Shown: piece after piece, positions 9,822 to 17,977 of the stretch | How the letters are laid out: each line of letters begins with the position of its first letter | How positions within the stretch are numbered: the stretch's first letter is position 1 | Sequence record: SRR33789315_82 | DNA: 20,322 nt | Direction: 5' to 3' (one strand) | The notes under the pieces: model-generated | Told to the model about the DNA's origin: nothing | What the model saw: the letters and a program-made list of their open reading frames with translations, nothing else | Database searches by the model: none | Made by a program: the position numbers and the translations under genes

Positions 9822-11147
9822 ATGACAACATTAGGTGAAAAAGAATATTTTAAAGGGATAGGAGAAATCCAATTTGAAGGAAAGGGATCTGATAACCCTT
9901 ATGCATTTAAAGTTTATGACGAAAACTTAGTCGTTGCAGGAAAAACTTTAAAAGAGCATTTTAAATTTGCAATAGCTTACTGGCACACTTTTACAGGTGT
10001 TGGAGGAGATCCTTTTGGAGCTCCTACTCAGAATTTTCCTTGGCTAACCAGCACAGATCCTATTCAACAAGCAAAAGACAAAATGGATGCTGCTTTTGAA
10101 TTCATTACTAAAATTGGTGCTCCATATTATTGTTTCCACGATTTTGATCTTATTGCAGAAGGAAGCTCACTTGCAGAATCTAAAAAAAGATTAGAAATCA
10201 TTACAGATTATGCTCTTGAAAAGCAAAAAGCTTCTGGTGTAAAATTACTTTGGGGTACAGCAAACTGTTTTAGCAATCCACGCTATATGAATGGTGCTGC
10301 TACAAATCCTGATTTTAATGTTCTAGCTTATGCTGGTGCACAGGTAAAAAATGCTATTGACGCGACTATAAAACTAGGAGGTGAAAACTATGTATTCTGG
10401 GGTGGTCGTGAAGGCTATATGAGCTTATTAAACACAGATATGAAGCGTGAGCAAGATCATTTTGCCCGTTTCCTACATATGGCACGTGACTATGCTAGAA
10501 AACAAGGTTTTAAAGGAACTTTCTTTATTGAACCAAAACCTATGGAGCCTTCTAAGCATCAATATGATTTTGACGCTGCCACTGTTTTAGGATTCCTTAA
10601 GACCCATGATCTTATGGATGATTTTAAATTGAATATTGAAGTTAACCACGCTACGCTAGCACAACATACTTTTGAGCACGAATTGCAAGTAGCTGCAGAT
10701 AATGGCTTACTAGGAAGTATTGATGCTAACCGTGGTGATTACCAAAACGGTTGGGATACAGATCAATTCCCAGTAGATGTATATGAATTAACTCAAGCGA
10801 TGCTTGTTGTTCTTCAATCAGGAGGAATACAAGGTGGTGGTGTGAATTTTGATGCTAAAATTAGACGGAATTCTACAGATCTTGAAGATATCTTTCACGC
10901 GCATATTGGTGGTATGGATGTATTTGCAAAAGCACTTATTGCTGCAGATAATGTTTTACAAAAATCTGCTTATGGCAAAATGAGAAAAGAACGTTACAGT
11001 TCTTTTGATGCTGGACAAGGTAAGAAATTTGAAAATAGTGCTCTTACAATGGAAGATCTATACACCCATGCAGAAGGCAATCAAGTAATAACTCCTAAAA
11101 GCGGAAAACAAGAATTGTTTGAAAATATTATTAATCAATATATATAG
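9822..11147 (+). CDS. xylA: Xylose isomerase (class II)
   Basis: [53 protein letters not shown]. Confidence 0.98.
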   Translation: MTTLGEKEYFKGIGEIQFEGKGSDNPYAFKVYDENLVVAGKTLKEHFKFAIAYWHTFTGVGGDPFGAPTQNFPWLTSTDPIQQAKDKMDAAFEFITKIGAPYYCFHDFDLIAEGSSLAESKKRLEIITDYALEKQKASGVKLLWGTANCFSNPRYMNGAATNPDFNVLAYAGAQVKNAIDATIKLGGENYVFWGGREGYMSLLNTDMKREQDHFARFLHMARDYARKQGFKGTFFIEPKPMEPSKHQYDFDAATVLGFLKTHDLMDDFKLNIEVNHATLAQHTFEHELQVAADNGLLGSIDANRGDYQNGWDTDQFPVDVYELTQAMLVVLQSGGIQGGGVNFDAKIRRNSTDLEDIFHAHIGGMDVFAKALIAADNVLQKSAYGKMRKERYSSFDAGQGKKFENSALTMEDLYTHAEGNQVITPKSGKQELFENIINQYI

Positions 11148-11152
11148 TAAAT

Positions 11153-12565
11153 ATGGGAGAAGTATCAAGTAAATCGTATCTAATCATGCTAACGCTTGTC
11201 GCCACACTTGGCGGCTTGCTTTTTGGTTATGATACAGCAGTAATATCAGGAACTGTTGGTTCTCTAGAAAGTTTTTTCATTAAACCTTTTGATCTAGCAG
11301 AAACTGCAGCCAACTCGAGACTGGGACTTGTAGTATCAAGTGCTTTGATAGGGTGTATAATTGGTGGTATCTCAGGTGGTGTCGTAAGTAGGAAATTTGG
11401 ACGTAAGAATGGACTTATTCTTGCTGCGGTTCTCTTTTTAATTTCGGCTATTGGTTCTTCCATGCCCGAATTATTTATTAAGCCTTTTGGTGAAGGAGAT
11501 CATACGTTTATAAACATTTTTATTGTTTATCGCATCATTGGTGGAATAGGCGTTGGTCTAGCTTCAATGCTTTCTCCCCTATACATTTCAGAGATTGCAC
11601 CTGCTAATATTAGAGGGAAACTTGTTTCCATGAACCAGTTCGCAATCGTTTTTGGTATGCTCATCGTTTACTTTGTTAACTACTTCATTTCAAAGCAAGG
11701 TGATGACTCTTGGTTAGACACCGTTGGGTGGAGATGGATGTTTGCTTCAGAAACTATTCCTGCTACGTTATTCTTAATTCTTTTATTCTTTGTACCAGAC
11801 ACACCACGATCTCTCGTGATGAAATCTAAGCCCGAAAAAGCGCTAGAGGTACTTAAAAAAGTAAATGGTAAACAGGAGGCAGGGAAAATTTTAGAAGACA
11901 TCAAGGCTACGTTTACCACCAAATCTGGGAAACTATTTTCCTTTGGTACTGGTGTGATTATAATAGGTATTTTACTTTCGGTATTTCAACAATTTGTAGG
12001 AATTAATGTAGTGCTTTATTATGCTCCAGAAATCTTTAAATCAATGGGATCTGGAACAGATGCTGCTCTTATGCAAACCATTATTGTAGGAGCTGTTAAT
12101 ATGATTTTTACAATCATTGCAATACAAACTGTAGATAAATTAGGACGTAAACCACTATTAATCATTGGTGCTATTGGCATGGCTCTTTCTATGTTTTTAT
12201 TAGGCACTTTGTTCAATTATGAGTCTGTAGGATATGGAGCTTTGATATGTATGCTCGTATATGTAGCAAGTTTTGCTTTGAGTTGGGGACCTGTAGTTTG
12301 GGTACTTCTTTCAGAAATATTCCCTAACAACATTAGAGGTCGCGCTATGGCATTAGCCGTTGCCTTACAATGGGTCTCAAATTATCTAGTATCATGGACT
12401 TTCCCCATGATGGACAAAAACAGCTATCTAGTTGAGCAATTTAATCACGGATTCTCCTACTGGATTTACGGAGGCATGTCTATATTAGCTGCTCTCTTTG
12501 TATGGAAAATGGTTCCTGAAACCAAAGGAAAAACACTTGAAGAAATGGAAACTCTTTGGAAATAA
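11153..12565 (+). CDS. xylE: D-xylose:H+ symporter (MFS sugar porter)
   Basis: GLLFGYDTAVISG, YISEIAPANIRG, WRWMFASETIPA, QQFVGINVVLYYAPEIFK, VPETKGKTLEEME. Confidence 0.93.
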   Translation: MGEVSSKSYLIMLTLVATLGGLLFGYDTAVISGTVGSLESFFIKPFDLAETAANSRLGLVVSSALIGCIIGGISGGVVSRKFGRKNGLILAAVLFLISAIGSSMPELFIKPFGEGDHTFINIFIVYRIIGGIGVGLASMLSPLYISEIAPANIRGKLVSMNQFAIVFGMLIVYFVNYFISKQGDDSWLDTVGWRWMFASETIPATLFLILLFFVPDTPRSLVMKSKPEKALEVLKKVNGKQEAGKILEDIKATFTTKSGKLFSFGTGVIIIGILLSVFQQFVGINVVLYYAPEIFKSMGSGTDAALMQTIIVGAVNMIFTIIAIQTVDKLGRKPLLIIGAIGMALSMFLLGTLFNYESVGYGALICMLVYVASFALSWGPVVWVLLSEIFPNNIRGRAMALAVALQWVSNYLVSWTFPMMDKNSYLVEQFNHGFSYWIYGGMSILAALFVWKMVPETKGKTLEEMETLWK

Positions 12566-12592
12566 AATTATCTAAAAAATAATTTACTTAAT

Positions 12593-12625
12593 AAAGCCCT
12601 AATCCTAATCGTTTGGGGCTTTTTT
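12593..12625. terminator. Intrinsic terminator of xylBAE, probably bidirectional
   Basis: AAAGCCCTAA / TTGGGGCTTT stem (one G-U on +) running into a T-tract, 27 nt after the xylE stop; lies between convergent xylE and the 49-aa ORF. Confidence 0.75.
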
Positions 12626-12635
12626 AATGGATAAT

Positions 12636-12785
12636 TTACAATGCATTTTTTGTAACCCAATACTTATAACCAATAATAGCTAGTTGAAATTTTGTTGCTT
12701 TAGCTAAGTCTAAATTACTTTTTGAATAACTAGGTAAAAGTCTCTTATTTACTTTAGCAAGCATTTTAAATACCTTCTTTTTCAT
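12636..12785 (-). CDS. Small basic protein, 49 aa (MKKKVFKMLAKVNKRLLPSYSKSNLDLAKATKFQLAIIGYKYWVTKNAL), below the ORF-track cutoff
   Basis: Read manually: ATG at 12785, TAA at 12636-12638, A-rich initiation region (GAAAATTAATAAAAA-ATG), stop 10 nt before the terminator. Resembles, from memory, a conserved ~50-aa Flavobacteriaceae hypothetical family. Confidence 0.8.
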   Translation of the reverse strand: MKKKVFKMLAKVNKRLLPSYSKSNLDLAKATKFQLAIIGYKYWVTKNAL

Positions 12786-12945
12786 TTTTTATTAATTTTC
12801 TTAACTTATATGCTTCCTAAATATATTGCTTTTAAAATGATTCTGAGCGCGCTTCCAGAATCAGATTAGATAATGTTTTACTAGAAAATAATCTCGATGA
12901 GTTTAAGAATTAAAGCTACCATAAGTGACAAATTTTAAGGTTAAA

Positions 12946-12962
12946 TGATTGATTGATTGATT
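12946..12962. repeat. Tetranucleotide microsatellite (TGAT)4T
   Basis: TGATTGATTGATTGATT in the intergenic region. Confidence 0.6.
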
Positions 12963-13373
12963 ATTAATTACCTAACAAAGTATGGTGTTTTAAAAATAGT
13001 AGACAAGAAATAGGAACAAAATCATTGTATTTGCATACACTATTGTAAGTAAAAAGACAGATTTAATTAAAATTTATTAATTATATGCTACAAATATTTT
13101 GAATATTGAAACTGAAAAAGTTCATATATAGAATATCTGAAACATTTGTAGGTTGTATTTTGTTAATTTCTAAAAGCTGTAGGGGAACAATGGATTAGAT
13201 ACAATCAAAAAATCAAGTTTCATTAGTCATTGAAACTTATTTGATTAAATTTTTCAGTTTTTAACAGGTTATTAATTCTATAACATAACCTAATTTTAGG
13301 ATCTAGAATATCTTATCGTTTTCAAATTTTTAACTGTCTGCTATAGCATGTGATAGAAGCGGATAATTTCTCT

Positions 13374-13381
13374 TACTTTTA
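13374..13381 (+). promoter_or_regulatory. Candidate -7 promoter element for the diadenylate cyclase gene
   Basis: TACTTTTA, one mismatch to TAnnTTTG, 19 nt upstream of the TTG at 13401. Confidence 0.45.
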
Positions 13382-13400
13382 CGACAATAACCTTAAGCCT

Positions 13401-14180
13401 TTGGATTTTTTCGAAAATTTCAGAATACTAGATCTCCTAGACATTTTACTTGTTGCTTTCCTCTTGTATTATATATACAAGTTGGTAAAGGGCACAGTTG
13501 CCATTAATATCTTTTATGGTATTGTTATCATATACCTCATTTCAAAATTGGTGCAGATGCTCAATATGGAACTATTGGGTAGTATTTTAGGCGAGTTTAT
13601 AGGTGCTGGTATGTTTGCCTTAATTGTTGTCTTTCAGCAAGAAATAAGAAAGTTTCTCTTAACGATAGGTTCAACAAAATTTGGTAGAAAAACAGGATTT
13701 TTTAAGCATTTTAAATTCTTACAAATTACTCCAGAAACCTCAATTACCCCTATTGAAGAAATTGTAAATGCCTGTGTGAAAATGTCAGAAACTAAAACAG
13801 GTGCATTAATTGTTATTCAGAGATCCACTAATCTTGATTTTGTAAAAGAAAGTGGCGATACCATGAATCTGGAGGTAAATGGCCCTCTACTAGAAAGCAT
13901 TTTCTTTAAAAATTCACCGCTACATGATGGAGCGGTTATAATAGAAGAAAATAAAATAACGGCAACCCGTGCTACTTTACCCGTTACTAATGAACGTAAA
14001 ATCCCATTGCGGTTTGGTTTACGACATAGAGCTGCTATAGGTATTACAGAAAAAACAGATGCTTTATCTCTTGTGGTTAGCGAGGAAACAGGTACTATAA
14101 GCTATATTAAAGATGGTGAGTTTACAAACTATAACACTATCAATGAACTGATAAATTTTATTAAAACAGATTTAAGTTAA
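13401..14180 (+). CDS. cdaA: Membrane-anchored diadenylate cyclase (CdaA/DacA type, DisA_N domain)
   Basis: Three N-terminal hydrophobic segments, IVVFQQEIRKFL, GALIV, catalytic PLHDGA and FGLRHRAA motifs, VVSEETG. Start moved from GTG 13350 to the in-frame TTG 13401 (MDFFENFRILD) because a -7-like element lies in between. Confidence 0.92.
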   Translation: MDFFENFRILDLLDILLVAFLLYYIYKLVKGTVAINIFYGIVIIYLISKLVQMLNMELLGSILGEFIGAGMFALIVVFQQEIRKFLLTIGSTKFGRKTGFFKHFKFLQITPETSITPIEEIVNACVKMSETKTGALIVIQRSTNLDFVKESGDTMNLEVNGPLLESIFFKNSPLHDGAVIIEENKITATRATLPVTNERKIPLRFGLRHRAAIGITEKTDALSLVVSEETGTISYIKDGEFTNYNTINELINFIKTDLS

Positions 14181-15943
14181 ATAGCTTCTTTGCTTAAGAA
14201 TTGCACTTCATAAAGATTACGGTAATGACCGCCTTCTCTTCTTAATAATTCAAAGTGGCTACCCATCTCAACAATATTACCTTTATCCATAACAATAATC
14301 TTATCGGCTTTTTTTATAGTGGCCAGACGATGTGCAATAACAATGGATGTTCTTCCTTTTGTAATCTTATTTATGGCATCTTGTATAAGTTGCTCACTAT
14401 AACTATCTACTGAAGAAGTAGCCTCATCAAGCACTAAAATACCGGGGTTACTTACATAAGCACGCAAGAATGCTATCAATTGCCGTTGCCCGCTAGATAG
14501 CATGGCACCACGCTCTTTCACATTATAATGATAACCTCCGGGAAGTGTTTCTATAAATTTATCTACCCCTATTGCTGCAGCTGCAGCTTGCACATCAGCT
14601 TCGGTTATTTCTGGATTATTTAGGGTGATATTGTTTAAAATGGAATCTGCAAATAGGAATACATCTTGTAATACCACAGCTATTTGTTTTCGAAGAGATA
14701 CCAATTTTATATCTTCTATATTCTTTCCGTCAATATAAATCACACCATCATTTAATTCATAAAAACGACTCAATAAATTAATAATAGTAGACTTTCCTGC
14801 TCCTGTAGATCCTACAATAGCAACTGTTTCTCCTGGCTTCACTTCAAAATTGATCCCGTGAAGAATTTCTTCATTCTTGACATAGCCAAAATGAACCTTA
14901 TCAAAAACGATAGCTCCTTTTACCGATTCTAATTCTAGAGTTCCCGTATCTTCTATGATAGAATCTGTATCTAAAATACCAAAAACACGATTGGCCGCTA
15001 CCATTCCCATTTGTAAAGTATTAAACTTGTCTGCTATCTGGCGCAGCGGAGTAAATAATAATTGAGAAAACTGAATGAATGCGGTGATAAGACCTATGGT
15101 TATTACATCACTTTCTATGGCACGCAAACCCCCATACCAGACTAATAATCCCAATGTAACCGATGTGGACATTTCTGCTATGGGGAAAAATATGGAATTA
15201 TACCAAACCGTCTTATTCCAGGCCTGCATATGCTTTTTATTAATTTCGCTAAACTTTTCCTGCTCTACTTTTTCCCTAGAAAATAACTGAACGATTTTCA
15301 TTCCCGTAACGCGCTCTTGAACAAATGTATTGAGGTTTGCAACTTGTGTACGTACATCTTCAAAGGCTACTTTCATTTTCTTCTGAAAAACACGAGTAGC
15401 ATAAATTATAAATGGTAATATGGCAAACACTATAAGCGAAAGCTCCCAACTTTTATACAACATCACTCCTATTATCACAGCCATCTTAAGTAAATCACTT
15501 ATGATCATAAACAGACCTTGACTAAAAATACTGGCAATAGTCTCAATATCATTTACAGCACGAGTTACTAAACGACCTACGGCAGAACGATCATAATACT
15601 GCATTTTAAACTTAAGCATATGATCAAATAATTGCACACGTAAATCTCTAACCACATTTTGCCCCAACCAACTCGCATAATAAATAAATACCAGTTGAAA
15701 GACCACCTCGCCCATCAATACAAAAAACATCAATCGCAAGTAATACCATAATGTATCCATTTGCTTAGGCCCTATCCCCTGATCTATGGCTTGCTCTAAC
15801 AAAACAGGTCGCAATACAGAAAATACAGATATAAGTATAGCAGCGATCGCTACTAAAAACAAGCGTATACGGTAAGGTTTTGTATAGGTCATAAGACGCT
15901 TAAACAAACCAAAATCAAATACTTTACCTTTAGTCTCTGACAT
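14177..15943 (-). CDS. ABC exporter half-transporter (TMD + NBD; MsbA/MdlB-like)
   Basis: N-terminal TM domain, Walker A GSTGAGKST, Q-loop VVLQD, signature LSSGQRQ, Walker B LVLDEATS, H-loop IAHRL. Confidence 0.93.
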   Translation of the reverse strand: MSETKGKVFDFGLFKRLMTYTKPYRIRLFLVAIAAILISVFSVLRPVLLEQAIDQGIGPKQMDTLWYYLRLMFFVLMGEVVFQLVFIYYASWLGQNVVRDLRVQLFDHMLKFKMQYYDRSAVGRLVTRAVNDIETIASIFSQGLFMIISDLLKMAVIIGVMLYKSWELSLIVFAILPFIIYATRVFQKKMKVAFEDVRTQVANLNTFVQERVTGMKIVQLFSREKVEQEKFSEINKKHMQAWNKTVWYNSIFFPIAEMSTSVTLGLLVWYGGLRAIESDVITIGLITAFIQFSQLLFTPLRQIADKFNTLQMGMVAANRVFGILDTDSIIEDTGTLELESVKGAIVFDKVHFGYVKNEEILHGINFEVKPGETVAIVGSTGAGKSTIINLLSRFYELNDGVIYIDGKNIEDIKLVSLRKQIAVVLQDVFLFADSILNNITLNNPEITEADVQAAAAAIGVDKFIETLPGGYHYNVKERGAMLSSGQRQLIAFLRAYVSNPGILVLDEATSSVDSYSEQLIQDAINKITKGRTSIVIAHRLATIKKADKIIVMDKGNIVEMGSHFELLRREGGHYRNLYEVQFLSKEAI

Positions 15944-16703
15944 GTGTTTTAAATAAATTATCTGGGTATATTACTCTGGTAAGATAAAGACCATGAGCAG
16001 GCACAGATGGTCCTGCTTGAGATCTATTCTGCGAATCTATTATTGTTAACATATGTTCTGGAGTATATTTCTCCAGCCCTATTTCTACTAACGTGCCTAC
16101 AACAGCTCGTACCATATTGCGCAAGAAACGATCTGCGGTAATTTCAAAAATTAATTCCTCTTCAAGTTTTTTCCACTTTGCTTCAGACACATTACAAATA
16201 TAAGTTTTCACATCTGTATTGCTTCGGCTAAAACATTTAAAATCTTGCTTACCCAATAGGTATTCGCTTGCCTTTTCCATGGCAGAAAGATTTAAATTTT
16301 GATGCACAAAATAAGCGCTCCCTACCAGAAATGGGCTTTTCCTAGTGCATATTCTATATCTATAGGTTCTAGCCAGAGCGTCAAACCGCGCGTGAGCATC
16401 ATCAAGTACCGGTAACAAATTATGAATAGCAATAGCAGGTGGCAAAAAACGATTTAATCTGTGGACTAATTCCTCACAATCTTTTGCAGACCATGCTAAT
16501 TCAACATCAAAATGGGCATATAATTGGCTAGCATGAACTCCCGCATCTGTTCTACCCGCACCCGTTATCGTTAAGGGTTGCCTGAGTAGTGTTGAAAGCG
16601 TTTTTTCAATAACCTGCTGCACGCTTATACTCTGAGGCTGTCTTTGCCATCCGTGATAAGCAGAACCATCAAAAGCAATCTCTAAAAAATACCGCAAGCC
16701 CAT
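15930..16703 (-). CDS. truA: tRNA pseudouridine(38-40) synthase
   Basis: FDGSAYHGWQRQ, catalytic GAGRTDAGVHA, HARFDA, FLRNMVRAVVG, PAHGLYL. The start could alternatively be TTG at 16697. Confidence 0.97.
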   Translation of the reverse strand: MGLRYFLEIAFDGSAYHGWQRQPQSISVQQVIEKTLSTLLRQPLTITGAGRTDAGVHASQLYAHFDVELAWSAKDCEELVHRLNRFLPPAIAIHNLLPVLDDAHARFDALARTYRYRICTRKSPFLVGSAYFVHQNLNLSAMEKASEYLLGKQDFKCFSRSNTDVKTYICNVSEAKWKKLEEELIFEITADRFLRNMVRAVVGTLVEIGLEKYTPEHMLTIIDSQNRSQAGPSVPAHGLYLTRVIYPDNLFKTHVRD

Positions 16704-16718
16704 TTGATTTTAAGTGTT

Positions 16719-16726
16719 CAAAGATA
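16719..16726 (-). promoter_or_regulatory. -7 promoter element for truA and the ABC gene
   Basis: Minus-strand TATCTTTG (exact TAnnTTTG) 15 nt upstream of the truA ATG; a TTTG lies 16 nt further upstream. Confidence 0.65.
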
Positions 16727-16791
16727 CATCTTTGTACTGAACCAAAAATTTTACACCCTTAAGCCAACCTTTCTAATCTCAAGAAAACTTA

Positions 16792-17283
16792 ATGAAGAAA
16801 ATCTTACTCTTAAGCGATACGCATGGTTATATAGACGACCGTATTTTGGCATATGCCAAAGCTGTTGACGAAGTGTGGCATGCAGGTGATATAGGAAGCT
16901 TAGAAGTGACAGATAAATTAGAGAAAGTAACGATTTTACGAGCTGTTTACGGCAATATTGATGATCATATTATAAGAAAAGAATTTCCCTTAAACCAACG
17001 CTTTATCTGTGAAAATATAGATGTATGGATTACTCATATTGGCGGTTATCCTGGAAAATATGGGCCAGGAATAACAAAACAAATCAAAGCTAATCCACCT
17101 AAATTATTTATTAGTGGGCACTCTCATATCCTAAAAGTAATGCCTGACAATAAACTTAATCTTTTACATATGAATCCTGGGGCTGTAGGAAAACAAGGCA
17201 TGCATAAAACAAGAAATATGCTGCGCTTTACTATTGATGGGGATAAGATTGAGAATCTAGAAGTAATTGAATTAAAAGCTTAA
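16792..17283 (+). CDS. Calcineurin-like metallophosphoesterase (YfcE/MJ0936 family)
   Basis: LSDTHG, HAGD, GNID, THIGG, GHSH, NPGAVG motifs; 163 aa. Confidence 0.9.
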   Translation: MKKILLLSDTHGYIDDRILAYAKAVDEVWHAGDIGSLEVTDKLEKVTILRAVYGNIDDHIIRKEFPLNQRFICENIDVWITHIGGYPGKYGPGITKQIKANPPKLFISGHSHILKVMPDNKLNLLHMNPGAVGKQGMHKTRNMLRFTIDGDKIENLEVIELKA

Positions 17284-17301
17284 TAAGCTAATATCTTTAA
17301 A

Positions 17302-17340
17302 GCGAAAAACCCTGCTGTTTTACAACAGCAGGGCTTTCGC
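17302..17340. terminator. Intrinsic terminator between convergent genes (stronger on the minus strand)
   Basis: CCCTGCTGTT / AACAGCAGGG 10-bp stem; on the minus strand the loop is GTAA and T5 follows. Confidence 0.8.
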
Positions 17341-17363
17341 ACTAATTAACTAAGATAGTAGGT

Positions 17364-17774
17364 CTATCGCAACCGGTCAACAGATTTTACGAGATCTTCA
17401 TCCCGCTTAATTGCCTTGTTGGCCAAGGCGAGTAAAACGATAGAAATGACGGGAATAAACATCCCAATACCCTTCTCTGGGGAAAAATCCCCTCCAGATA
17501 AGATTTGCGACTGGTAAACCAATACACCTAGTAAAATAAAGTTCAATATTATATTAAGACGCCCCAGTACAAACTGAAGCTTTCTCTTTTTAAACAAAAA
17601 AATAGTAATCAATGAAAGTATTGCACTTCCTAAAAACATGCCCATGAACACCGGATTATTTTCAGCTCTCACTACACCCGAAACTTCATTAGAATATAAT
17701 GGAAAAACAAATATCAATACCGCAGATACAATTGCGGCGATAAGAAGATATATGCTCTGTATGCGTTGAATCAT
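17364..17774 (-). CDS. DUF4293-family membrane protein
   Basis: Family-typical MIQRIQSIYL start, FKKRKLQ, and C-terminal LANKAIKRDEDLVKSVDRLR; four TM segments. Start set at ATG 17774 rather than GTG 17795 because a -7 element sits at 17797-17804. Confidence 0.85.
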   Translation of the reverse strand: MIQRIQSIYLLIAAIVSAVLIFVFPLYSNEVSGVVRAENNPVFMGMFLGSAILSLITIFLFKKRKLQFVLGRLNIILNFILLGVLVYQSQILSGGDFSPEKGIGMFIPVISIVLLALANKAIKRDEDLVKSVDRLR

Positions 17775-17796
17775 TGTTAATTTATTCTTAGGCACG

Positions 17797-17804
17797 CAAA
17801 AATA
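17797..17804 (-). promoter_or_regulatory. -7 promoter element for the DUF4293 gene
   Basis: Minus-strand TATTTTTG (exact TAnnTTTG) 22 nt upstream of ATG 17774. Confidence 0.6.
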
Positions 17805-17977
17805 ACAACTTATTTCAATTTGAAGATCGATATTTTATAAAATAATATGTATTATTGCATAACGAAAAAGTAACCCGCTCTAACTGGGGAGCTTACTTTC
17901 CAAAAAAATTCATTAGAATCTTCTCACAGAATTTTAAGATTATCACCATAAATTTTCACAAATTTTATTTGTAATTA

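Noticed and set aside
8807..12216. Minus-strand ORFs inside xylB and xylE
   Set aside because: Antisense shadows of well-supported genes.
12810..12869. Plus-strand 19-codon ORF MLPKYIAFKMILSALPESD
   Set aside because: Length expected by chance; no promoter or terminator support.
13109..13260. 11-bp inverted repeat AAACTGAAAAA / TTTTTCAGTTT 130 bp apart, as a possible invertible promoter
   Set aside because: Low-complexity match in ~20% GC DNA, no TAnnTTTG found between the arms, and no recombinase in the window.
13350..13400. 17-aa N-terminal extension of cdaA in the ORF track
   Set aside because: A -7-like element lies inside it and TTG 13401 gives a more family-typical N-terminus.
12566..13400. 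CRISPR array, riboswitch or IS element in the long intergenic region
   Set aside because: No regularly spaced direct repeats, no SAM, TPP or cobalamin consensus that I could recognise, and no transposase fragment; an Rfam search would be needed to exclude rarer RNAs.
15075..15290. Plus-strand 71-aa ORF
   Set aside because: Antisense to the ABC transporter.
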